DNA of 64,000 nt from Eubacteriales bacterium (GTDB lineage: Bacteria > Bacillota > Clostridia > Oscillospirales > CAG-272), in assembly GCA_045536125.1 (NCBI GenBank), contig JAZSMX010000050.1, positions 1,953-65,952 of the forward strand. The letters are read 5' to 3'. Shown here piece by piece: positions 41,274 through 50,500 of the stretch; within the stretch, counting starts at the first letter, position 1, and every line of letters begins with the position of its first letter. Below the pieces are notes generated by a model that ran no database searches, was not told the DNA's origin, and worked only from the letters and a program-made list of their open reading frames with translations. Position numbers and translations under genes: made by a program.

Positions 41274-42515
41274 TTAGAGAATCGCGGCAAATTCATCACG
41301 TCGTACACCTGTCTTTTCGGATGTGATGCGGATCGCCTGCTTGACGACGGATAGAGACATATTCAGCTTTTTGGCAATTTCAGGATTGCTCATTCCAAAT
41401 GCTGCCAGCTTGGCGACCTCACGCTCCTTGAGCGTCAGTGTGGTCGTGATTTCCTTTCCGCGAACCGAGCTTGAAAGTCTCGACCAACCCGCGTTGTAGA
41501 TCTTGTAGAGGCTCTTGACTTCGGCATACACCTGTGTGTCGATGCTCATCAGTCGCTGTTCAAGTAAGGTATCCAACGGACGGCCGTACTCGGCAAGCAA
41601 ACCGTATAAGCGATCGGGAAGTGCCAGCGCAACAGCACGGTCGATATGTCGGCTCGCCTCGGCATCTCTGCCGACGTTATGGTAGATGGTTGCACAGGTC
41701 ATACGGAGATAGATCTCGGCAACGATCGATCGGTCAGCGAGTGCTTGAGAAATCATCGGCTCAATGCTGAGCGGAAGCACCGACATCAGAGAAAGTCCTT
41801 GCATTCCATCGATCTGAAGCTGCTTGGTTGCCAATGCATAGCCGGTCGCATAGAGATATTTGGCGTAGTATACCTTCGCGGCAGTCAGTGCCTCGGGGTG
41901 GATTGGCTCAAAATTACCAATTTTGAACCATTCCGGAAAAGAGGTTGTGTCATAGAGCATACTGTCGACCGCCGTAATCGCTAAAGAAATGATGTCGCGA
42001 TCCCGGTCATTACCTATTTTTGCCTCTGCCATATGGATTTTTGCGCGTCGCCACATGGAGAGATCCCCTCGCCAGATGGCACAGAGTGCCAACAACATTC
42101 CCGCAGATTGAATGGCGTAAAATCCAGAATGCTTTCCAAGCAAATAGCTGGCGCTTTCATAAACCTTTTCGATCTCCCCACGCGCATATGCGATTTCGGC
42201 TTCAAAAAGCACCCTGGCTTCGTGGTTATAGGCAAGGCTTTCGCCTACTGCGTCGGCTGTACCCGGTGTGTGGTATAGGTCGGTCATATAAAGGAACGGT
42301 GTTTTTCGCGGAAGTGGCATATCTGTTTCGTTTGTGGCGATACCTCTGGCCTCTTTTGTTCTGCCATCCACGGGCTTCTTTGCGTCTTTGGGGATCATCC
42401 ATGCTCGCCCTAAACGTGTTGCACCCTCGATTCTGCCGCAAGCGCAAAGCCTTTGAACGTTTCTTGGTGTCAAACCCCATTTTTGGGAAATTTCTGTGAT
42501 TCCGATATATTCCAT
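41274..42515 (-). CDS. dual-HTH regulator: N-terminal MerR/excisionase-like HTH, helical-repeat middle, C-terminal LuxR/GerE HTH
   Basis: MEYIGITEISQKWGLTPRNVQRLCACGRIEGA...; C-terminus LKEREVAKLAAFGMSNPEIAKKLNMSLSVVKQAI. Start trimmed to 42515 (GGGAGG RBS). Confidence 0.75.
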   Translation of the reverse strand: MEYIGITEISQKWGLTPRNVQRLCACGRIEGATRLGRAWMIPKDAKKPVDGRTKEARGIATNETDMPLPRKTPFLYMTDLYHTPGTADAVGESLAYNHEARVLFEAEIAYARGEIEKVYESASYLLGKHSGFYAIQSAGMLLALCAIWRGDLSMWRRAKIHMAEAKIGNDRDRDIISLAITAVDSMLYDTTSFPEWFKIGNFEPIHPEALTAAKVYYAKYLYATGYALATKQLQIDGMQGLSLMSVLPLSIEPMISQALADRSIVAEIYLRMTCATIYHNVGRDAEASRHIDRAVALALPDRLYGLLAEYGRPLDTLLEQRLMSIDTQVYAEVKSLYKIYNAGWSRLSSSVRGKEITTTLTLKEREVAKLAAFGMSNPEIAKKLNMSLSVVKQAIRITSEKTGVRRDEFAAIL

Positions 42516-42545
42516 TTTGATCCTCCCGATCACTTACCAATATCC

Positions 42546-42617
42546 TTCGCGTATGCGAACAATAATATACTTCGCATATGCGAAATATATTATACACCTT
42601 TTTGAGAATGATGTCAA
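42546..42617 (-). promoter_or_regulatory. perfect consensus promoter plus two palindromic operator-like sites of the LuxR-type gene
   Basis: Minus strand TTGACA (42612-42617), 17 nt, TATAAT (42589-42594). Then TTCGCATATGCGAA (42571-42584, perfect palindrome) and TTCGCGTATGCGAA (42546-42559), with centres 25 bp apart. Confidence 0.6.
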
Positions 42618-42679
42618 GAGTTTCTTCATTTGAGAATCCTTTTAATATGTAGTGTTACAGATGTTTTTTTCGGTTTTAA

Positions 42680-42709
42680 TTGACAGAACGATCTCTGATA
42701 TGGTATAAT
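42680..42709 (+). promoter_or_regulatory. promoter of the vanY-like gene
   Basis: TTGACA (42680-42685), 18 nt, TGgTATAAT (42701-42709). Confidence 0.55.
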
Positions 42710-42750
42710 AACTTGTCGAAAGATAAACGAAAGCAAAGGGAGGCGGCAAT

Positions 42751-43605
42751 ATGAAAAGACAAAGAAAAGTATTGATCATTTGTTCTTTGACGGTCGTTTG
42801 TATGCTTTCCGTTTTGTTTTTCTTCTATATCCGCGCGGATCTTTGGTTTTACCTGGAAGAAACCTTGCGCCCAAAAGGAGAACCGCGTCTTACGGAAACG
42901 GTGATTGATGAGGGAGTTCTTTACTCTTTTGATGAGCTTGCAACGCTCGAAAACGTAGATTGCAACAATACGTTGATGCTTGTCAATCGCGAGAATCCCT
43001 TGCCTGTGGATTACGAAGCGGATATTGTGGAATATAACGGTGCGCGGATGCATCCGCATATGGTGGATGCTTACATAGCTCTTCGTGACCGTGTGCAAGA
43101 AAGAACACATGTGAGAATCTACGTTGCAAGCGATTATCGGACACGGGAGGAGCAGGCGGAGATTCTTTTGGAAAGTGAAGAGGGGACGGCAGCACCTTTG
43201 GGGTGCAGCGAGCATGAAGCGGGGTTGGCGCTTGACGTGTACGCTCCTTATTTTGCGGGGATGGAGTTTTTGCGTTCACCTGCGGGGCGGGACGTAAACC
43301 GTATTTGCAAGGAGCATGGCTTTATCATCCGATATCCGAGAAATAAGGAGAGCGTGACGTCAATTGCGTACGAGCCGTGGCATCTTCGGTACGTTGGACT
43401 TCCGCATGCGACCGTGATGACGGATGCGGACTTGACACTGGAGGAATACGTTGCGTATCTGACTCCCGAAATATGGTTTCAATGTGAGGAATATCTGATC
43501 CTACGCACCGAAAAAGATTCTGTTCTTTTACCTTACGGATGGGAATCCTGCGAATTTTCTCCCGATAACACAGGCTATCGTATTATCACCGTGAAAATGT
43601 CTTAA
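42751..43605 (+). CDS. membrane-anchored D-alanyl-D-alanine carboxypeptidase, VanY/M15B family
   Basis: N-terminal TM; SDYRTREEQ, SEHEAGLALDV and EPWHLRYVG zinc-ligand blocks. Confidence 0.85.
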   Translation: MKRQRKVLIICSLTVVCMLSVLFFFYIRADLWFYLEETLRPKGEPRLTETVIDEGVLYSFDELATLENVDCNNTLMLVNRENPLPVDYEADIVEYNGARMHPHMVDAYIALRDRVQERTHVRIYVASDYRTREEQAEILLESEEGTAAPLGCSEHEAGLALDVYAPYFAGMEFLRSPAGRDVNRICKEHGFIIRYPRNKESVTSIAYEPWHLRYVGLPHATVMTDADLTLEEYVAYLTPEIWFQCEEYLILRTEKDSVLLPYGWESCEFSPDNTGYRIITVKMS

Positions 43606-43642
43606 AATTTCTAAAAAAACGAAAAAAAATGCCAAAAAAGGC

Positions 43643-43672
43643 TTGACAAACACTATAAGAACATGCTATAAT
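43643..43672 (+). promoter_or_regulatory. promoter of rplU-prp-rpmA
   Basis: TTGACA (43643-43648), 18 nt, TATAAT (43667-43672). Confidence 0.6.
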
Positions 43673-43761
43673 AATATGCCGCTTGAAAAAGGCTTTTTTA
43701 AGTGTGTCCAAAAAACACCGCCTTTATGTCAGCGAGTCTATCAGAAAGAGAGGTGCTTTTC
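43673..43761 (+). promoter_or_regulatory. ~85-nt 5' leader of the L21 operon (possible ribosomal-protein autoregulatory leader)
   Basis: Position matches the L21 leader known in Firmicutes. I could not confirm the consensus structure by eye. Confidence 0.25.
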
Positions 43762-44073
43762 GTGTTTGCAGTTATCGAAACCGGCGGAAAGCAGTACAAA
43801 GTAATCGAGCAGGACATTATTTTTGTTGAAAAGCTCGACGTTAACGAAGGAGACGAAATCGTTTTCGACAGCGTTAAGGCATTGTCCAACGACAACGGCT
43901 TTAAGGTTGGTGCTCCCAACGTAGACGGTGCCAAGGTTACTGCCAAGGTTCTTAAGAACGGTAAGAACAAGAAAATCTACGTGATGAAGTACAAGCCGAA
44001 GAAGAACGAGAAGAAGAAGATCGGTCACAGACAGCCTTTTACGAAGGTTCAGATTGTGAAGATCGAGGGCTGA
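43762..44073 (+). CDS. rplU: 50S ribosomal protein L21
   Basis: GTG start, [25 protein letters not shown]. Track start trimmed. Confidence 0.95.
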   Translation: MFAVIETGGKQYKVIEQDIIFVEKLDVNEGDEIVFDSVKALSNDNGFKVGAPNVDGAKVTAKVLKNGKNKKIYVMKYKPKKNEKKKIGHRQPFTKVQIVKIEG

Positions 44074-44092
44074 TTGTAAAATCAGTGCGGAC

Positions 44093-44455
44093 ATGACCAA
44101 AATCGTGTTTTTCAGAAGCGGTGGAGTTTTCTACGGCTTCGAAGAGCAAGGCCACACAGGGTATGGGGAAGCAGGCGACGATATTCTTTGCGCTGCCATT
44201 TCCTCCATGACAATGTTCCTGATCAATACCATTGAGGTTGCATATGCTTCTTCCGTCGATTATACGATTGAAGACGACGATACACGAATTCGTGTATGTG
44301 CCAAAGCGGCACTTCCCGAATTTGAATCGGACGATTATAAGCGCTATGCTGTTTCGGGGATTATGATGGGGTATTACTGTCAGCTCAGTGACATGCTTGA
44401 GGAGTATGCGGATTATCTTGACGTTTCCGTGATAGATAAGCCGTACGAGAAATAA
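44093..44455 (+). CDS. prp: ribosomal-processing cysteine protease Prp
   Basis: [19 protein letters not shown] (His/Cys dyad), located between rplU and rpmA. Confidence 0.9.
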   Translation: MTKIVFFRSGGVFYGFEEQGHTGYGEAGDDILCAAISSMTMFLINTIEVAYASSVDYTIEDDDTRIRVCAKAALPEFESDDYKRYAVSGIMMGYYCQLSDMLEEYADYLDVSVIDKPYEK

Positions 44456-44507
44456 AACCGCGCAATCCGAAGATCCGCAAGGGTCAGAAAAATTTAGGAG
44501 GATAAGA

Positions 44508-44789
44508 ATGATGTTAAAGCTCAGTTTACAGTTCTTTGCTCATAAAAAAGGTGTCGGTTCTACCAAGAACGGTCGTGACAGTGAGTCCAAGCGCCTTGGC
44601 GTGAAGAAGGCTGACGGTCAGCCCGTTGTTGCCGGCAACATCATCGTAAGACAGAGAGGAAGCGCAGTTTGCGCCGGCGAAAACGTTGGCGTAGGCAAGG
44701 ACTACACTCTTTATGCTTTGATCGATGGTAAGGTGAAGTTTGAGCACAAGACCAAGGATCAGAAGAAGGTCAGCGTATACGCAGACTGA
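44508..44789 (+). CDS. rpmA: 50S ribosomal protein L27 with Prp-cleaved N-terminal extension
   Basis: [33 protein letters not shown]. Confidence 0.95.
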   Translation: MMLKLSLQFFAHKKGVGSTKNGRDSESKRLGVKKADGQPVVAGNIIVRQRGSAVCAGENVGVGKDYTLYALIDGKVKFEHKTKDQKKVSVYAD

Positions 44790-44807
44790 TTCTTTCTGAC
44801 AGAAATA

Positions 44808-44846
44808 TACGGCACAGGCGAGAATGCCTGTGCCGTATATTTTTTT
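44808..44846. terminator. bidirectional terminator between rpmA and the spoVB-like gene
   Basis: 12-bp stem TACGGCACAGGC/GCCTGTGCCGTA followed by TATTTTTTT. Confidence 0.7.
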
Positions 44847-46422
44847 ATGATTCGTTTTTCTTAACAAACAAGCCCTTGATCCAAAAGCGATCCTCGCGGT
44901 CAATGCCCCCCGTAAGAATGAGAAGAGCGATATAGACGGCTAAGGTTGTCAGACAGTGAAGAATGATGGAAAGCACGGCGTTTGATATTTGAAGCGATGG
45001 AAGACTCCAAAGTGCTTTCAAAACGCACGTGGAAGCAACGATCGAAAAGAGTGGCTTGTAGATCCATTTGAAAAGTCTGATCGGTGGATGCGTGATTGAA
45101 AGCAAATGAGTGATGCTGCAAACAGTGTTGAAAAATTCAGAAAAATAAATGGCAAAAATATATCCACCGATTCCGTACCTTGGGATCAGAAGCCATACGA
45201 GAATCACCGAGATCAATGCGTCAGCGATATTGATTTTCATTGAATAGACCTGTTCTCCAAGCCCCTTCATCATCGCATCCGTTGCGGTGTCCACGTACAT
45301 GATCGGAATTAGGGGGGCGATCATGCGAATGTATTTTGCTGCGGAGGTGCCCGGATAAAGAGCCTCTCCCAGTTCTCCCGAAAAACAAATGAGGATTCCT
45401 GCGACACCGATAGAAAAAATAAGTGAAAGTGACCAGACGCGTGAGACGATATATCGGATACGATGCTCCCCCTTCTGAATGCTTGACTCTGCAAGCTCGG
45501 GGACCAGAAGCCCCGAAAACGAAGAGATCAGCGCGGCAGGATAGAGGATGATGGGCATTGCCATGCTGTGAATGCTTCCGTATGCGATCAGCGCGGCGGA
45601 ATGAGACGATCCGCTGTTGCGAAGTCCTTCGGGAATCAAAACGTGCTGAAGTGTGATCAATCCGGAACGAATGTAGGTGGTCAGCGCGATCGGAAGAGTA
45701 ATGGACAAGAGCTTTCGACCTTCTGCTTTGGCGCTGTCCCGATCTTTGGTTTTGAAATTTTTTCTTTGATCCGAGCAGTAAAGAAAAAGAGCGACCAAAA
45801 AAGATAGCAGCTCCGCGGCGACACCGCCCAACACCAAGGCGCAGCAGGTGCTTTCCACTCCAAACGGAAGCAACCAAGCTAAAAGTTGCATGGTCGCAAA
45901 GATTTTGATCCCTTGCTCCATGACCTGGACGATTGCGTTTTTATAGGGGCGTCTGACGGCAGTAAAATATCCGCTCCATGCGGATGAAAGAGAAATGAGG
46001 GGAAGTGTGATGCCCAAAAGACGAAGAGATGAGACCGTTCGTGCATCCTTTAACCATACGTTCCCGATGATCTCCGAAAAGCCGACGAGGAGTAGCGAGG
46101 AAAGAAGTCCGAACAAGAGCGCATAGGCGCTGGCGCGTTTCATTGCGGGGCATACGCGTTCTCTTTTGTTTTCGCCGACAGAGTCCACAACGAGCCGCGT
46201 GACTCCGAGATGAATTCCCGAGGTTGCCAGAGTCAGAGCAAAGCCGTATACCCCCGACATCAAAGAAAACAGTCCCATCGCTTCCGCTCCCGCACGGTTG
46301 GAGACGTAGACTTGAAACGTAACGCCTACTGTGCGAATGCACAAAGAAGCGCAGCTGAGCAACAGCGCATTCCAGAACACTTGCTTTGCGTGTGATCTCA
46401 TTGATTTGAGTACCTCTTCCAT
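44845..46422 (-). CDS. MOP-superfamily flippase, SpoVB-like
   Basis: 525 aa with about 14 TM and an N-terminus similar in style to SpoVB/MurJ family proteins. The start could be 46401 (MRSHAKQ). Confidence 0.7.
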   Translation of the reverse strand: MEEVLKSMRSHAKQVFWNALLLSCASLCIRTVGVTFQVYVSNRAGAEAMGLFSLMSGVYGFALTLATSGIHLGVTRLVVDSVGENKRERVCPAMKRASAYALLFGLLSSLLLVGFSEIIGNVWLKDARTVSSLRLLGITLPLISLSSAWSGYFTAVRRPYKNAIVQVMEQGIKIFATMQLLAWLLPFGVESTCCALVLGGVAAELLSFLVALFLYCSDQRKNFKTKDRDSAKAEGRKLLSITLPIALTTYIRSGLITLQHVLIPEGLRNSGSSHSAALIAYGSIHSMAMPIILYPAALISSFSGLLVPELAESSIQKGEHRIRYIVSRVWSLSLIFSIGVAGILICFSGELGEALYPGTSAAKYIRMIAPLIPIMYVDTATDAMMKGLGEQVYSMKINIADALISVILVWLLIPRYGIGGYIFAIYFSEFFNTVCSITHLLSITHPPIRLFKWIYKPLFSIVASTCVLKALWSLPSLQISNAVLSIILHCLTTLAVYIALLILTGGIDREDRFWIKGLFVKKNES

Positions 46423-46462
46423 TGTTTATAAATTATTGTATGAAGAGGAAGGGGGGAATATT

Positions 46463-47332
46463 TTATTTTTTGAGAACTTCCTGGATAGTTTGCTGTGTAC
46501 GAAATTCTCTGGGGCGGACACCGACGTGTCTCAAAAACAGAGTGGAAAAATAATGCTCGTTTGAAAAACAGAGCTTGGACGAGATTTCCTTGGAGGATAG
46601 CTGTGTATTCAGAAGAAGCATTTTTGCCTTTTCAAGCTTGGCATTGATCAGATATTCGTAAGGGGTGATCCCGTATCTTTTTTTGAAGGAACGGATGATA
46701 GAAGATTTGGAAATGTGCAAAGTTGCGGCGAGCTGATCTAAATTCACCTTTTTGAAAACGGAATTGTCCAGCTCTTCACGAATGGAGTATTCCGTAGAAC
46801 CGAATTCGCGGTTCAACGTTACGGATACCGCTTGAATGATTTTATGAAGACATTCGGAAAGGGTATAATCCGTATCCGAGTCGCTCATTTGATTTTTTGC
46901 GATTTCAAGAGCTGCTTCAAAATATCTTTGCGCGTTGGTACCTGAATATACACCCGATTCAATATTGTAGGTGTCTAAAAAAGAATCGAAATAGTCGGCA
47001 TAGTAGTTAAACCATATTTTTTTCCAAGGGGTTTTCTTGTTGGCTCGGTAATATTGATTTTGAGAGGAACGAACGATAAAAACGTCCCCAGCATGCACGG
47101 GAATCCATTTTTCGTTGATCAGAACCTCTCCATCACCCTCGATGACGTACTCGACCAGATTGACCTTTTCTGCCCCCTTACTGTGCGGTATTTCACGTTT
47201 TATGTCATAACGCTGGCTGGGAAGGGTAATGCCCATTAAAATGTATTTGTAGGGCGTCCGTCCCCTTGGAAGATAAAGATAGCTTTTTTCAAAGCTCGGA
47301 TAAATAGGTCTGCTCGTCATCGTACGTTGCAT
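46463..47332 (-). CDS. AraC family transcriptional regulator (cupin + HTH)
   Basis: C-terminal double HTH (LAATLHISKSSIIRSFKKRYGITPYEYL...FSNEHYFSTLFLRHVGVRPREF). Start trimmed to MQRTM (AAGAGGT RBS). Confidence 0.8.
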   Translation of the reverse strand: MQRTMTSRPIYPSFEKSYLYLPRGRTPYKYILMGITLPSQRYDIKREIPHSKGAEKVNLVEYVIEGDGEVLINEKWIPVHAGDVFIVRSSQNQYYRANKKTPWKKIWFNYYADYFDSFLDTYNIESGVYSGTNAQRYFEAALEIAKNQMSDSDTDYTLSECLHKIIQAVSVTLNREFGSTEYSIREELDNSVFKKVNLDQLAATLHISKSSIIRSFKKRYGITPYEYLINAKLEKAKMLLLNTQLSSKEISSKLCFSNEHYFSTLFLRHVGVRPREFRTQQTIQEVLKK

Positions 47333-47515
47333 TTTATACCTCTTTTCGAAATCTGACATCCAAATTCATTTCTTATCATGGTATTATTTATTATAGCATA
47401 CAGATTTTTAAAAAACAATACGTTTCGTCCTTTTTCGTGATTTTTTGAAATATTGAAATGATCATATAATATATGTTTTTGATTATTTTATGTAAATTTA
47501 TGTTTCTAAAGTGTA

Positions 47516-47544
47516 TTGAACTTTGCAAGGAGAAATGATACAAT
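47516..47544 (+). promoter_or_regulatory. promoter of the 1952-aa gene
   Basis: TTGAAC (47516-47521), 17 nt, TACAAT (47539-47544), in an AT-rich divergent region. Confidence 0.5.
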
Positions 47545-47598
47545 TAAAATACGGATTATTGTTGATCCACATCAAAAAAGAAAAAAGGAGAAGTACCC

Positions 47599-50500
47599 AT
47601 GAAAATCAAACGGATAAGCAGGGCGATGTCATTCTTGCTGGTCATTGCGATGTGTATTCCCATGATTGTGATTCCTTCCTTTGCGGCGGAATCATCTGTG
47701 TCTGAGGAAGAAGACGTATACCTTTATGAAAACACCTTTGAAACCTATACAGAGGGGCATACTTGGACAGCAGCTGACAATTATTTTGAAATCAATCCCA
47801 ACAATAAGCTCTCCGGTGCTACTTCTAAACATACGGTGATCAAAAACCCTGAGGATACCTCCGATTTGGTTTGGAGCTTTCCCATGGAATCTGCCAATAA
47901 TCAAAATCATCTTTATTTGGCAACAAACGGTTTTTCTTATACCATTACCCCCAAAATTATTTTTGAATTGGATTTTTATGTCCCTGAAGATGCGTACGGC
48001 TCCTTTTTCTTGGAATTCCGCAGTGCTAAATATACCGGCGGAAGCGGAAATCCCTCTGCTCTTGCAATTAAAATGGGAACCTCGTCAAGCACTGCCGATA
48101 CGGTGGTTTTGGAGGATCGCCAAAACAGTTCGAATTACAAGCAGCACACGATTCATCGTGGGGAATGGTATCACCTAAGCTATGCATGGAATATGGTGAA
48201 CGGAACTTACCGCACCTGCTTGAACGAGGAACTTGTTTTTTCGGGAAAGAGATATACTAACGTTGATTTTACCAACGCATCTTTCGCGGACGTTAACCTG
48301 TATAGCTATAACACGTACTGTGGCGCCTGGGGCGGCAATCTTCTCATAGATGATATCAGAATCTCCGATAACAGTGCAAAATATTTTCCTGTATATGAAA
48401 ACACCTTTGAAAGCTACACGGTTGGCAACGCAATGAGTGATACCTCCTCGGGAAAGGGATTTTCGAGTGATCTGTCTTCTCTTGGTTATACCGTTGCAGC
48501 AGATCCAAAAAACACCGATAATAAGGTGTTGGGCGTTCCCGTGAGCGATGCGGCAGCGGATAACTATAAGGCTGCAACAACGGAGTATACCTCGCCTTCC
48601 GACTATAAGGATGCAGTGGATTTTACATTCACAGAGGATATCTATATTCCTTCGGATGCGGTCGGAAGTGCTAAAATTCAGGGGTGGGAACGGTATAGTG
48701 CCGATTCCAACGTGTGGCATGACTTCTTCTATATCAATTTTACAACCGCTTCCTCTGCGGCGACTGTCGAATTCCCGAGCAACTTTGCTTACAGTGTTAA
48801 GGGAAGCAATCTCAAGCTGAACCGTGACACATGGTATCACTTGACTGTTTCCTTGAAGCAGACGACGGGAGACATGACGGTTTTGATAGACGGTGAGATT
48901 GTCTTTGTCGGTAATTTGGGTGCACCGATCAACATTGCTCAATTCTTCATTGCGAGAATGAGAACGGCATCCGCATGCGGTGCTACTCTGAACGGCACTA
49001 TTTACTTGGACAATATTCGAATTTATAAGGAGTATTTCAAGAACGGAGAAATGACCGAAACCCGTACTTATAAGTGGAGCAACGATTTTGAAAAATACAC
49101 TGTTGATGCATTGATCACCGACACCTCGTCGGGAAGTGGATTCAGCTCAAGCCTTGCCCAAACTTATAAGTGTACCACAACCTATGATCCTTTGAATGCT
49201 GAAAATAAGGTCATGAACGTTCCCACTGAGAACGGAAACAACTATGTCGGACAAACCTATGACTGGAGAAACCAGGGTGATTCTTATACAAAAATGACAC
49301 ATCTGGTGTTCGAGCAGGATATTTATATTCCCGGTGCGACAACAGGCAAGACGAGGGTACAGGGATGGCAAAAGATCCCCAGCGAGGGCTTCCGCTCCTT
49401 CTATGATATCGATTTCAGTACGGCGAATGAGGATGCGATGATCATTCCGATTGGGACGACGTCCTACGTAGGAGCATTGGCGCTTTCTAGAGATACGTGG
49501 CACAAGACAACCTTTTCTCTGGTTCAAAGCACGGGAGAATATTATATTTTGATCGACGGCAACGTAGCCGCAGTCGGAATACTCGGCAATACGTCGATGC
49601 AGCTCTGCACGTATTTCTTCTTCCGCGCGTATGCGGGTGCTTCGGGATCCGTTTATCTTGATAATATGCATATCTACGAGGGCTTCGATAAAGGTGTTAT
49701 GCACGATTCTGCTCTTTACAGAAATACCTTTGAATCCTACACAAAGGATTTTGAATGGAGCTCTGCCGACAGCTATTTTGATGCCAATGTCAATGCGCCT
49801 ATCACAGACGCATCGTTGAAGCATAAGGTCGTTTCCGATCCGACCAATGCCGATAATCTTGTATGGCAGATTCCCTTAACGGAGGCAAATCTGAATAACA
49901 ATAAGGCTTATCTCAGCTCCGCATCTTCGGTCGATTATCAAAAGACTTCTATCGTTACCTTGAGCATGAAGGTTTACGTACCCGCGGGAGCAAAGGGCGA
50001 CGTAAAGATGCAGGGACATTCGGATGCGGAAGGCTTCAACGATCTTTATCATATTTTGATGAAGGGAACGTCCGCTTCCGTGTGGGTGGACGATAGCGTG
50101 GCATATACGGGAGATCTGAATCTGACTCTCGATCAATGGCACAATATCGACTATGCCTTGAACCTTGTCAGCGGTGAATTCAAGCTCATGATCGACGGAG
50201 TCATCGCTTATTCTGGCAATATAGGTCTTAAAAATCGTGTTTGGGACGGCTGGATCATCGCCAAGCTTCAAAGCACGGATCGTGTATCCGAGCATAACGG
50301 TACAATGCTTGTGGATGATATTGTTATCGAAGCCGCTCTTGCGGACGGAGAAATGGCAACAACCTCTTATCTGTATGAAAATACGATGGAGCAATACTGG
50401 AGCGAATATGTCTTGGAAGGAGATGCGTGGTTTAGCTCCAACATCAATGACGGAAATCACGGTCACATGATCGTAACCGATCCCACGAATGCTGCGAACA

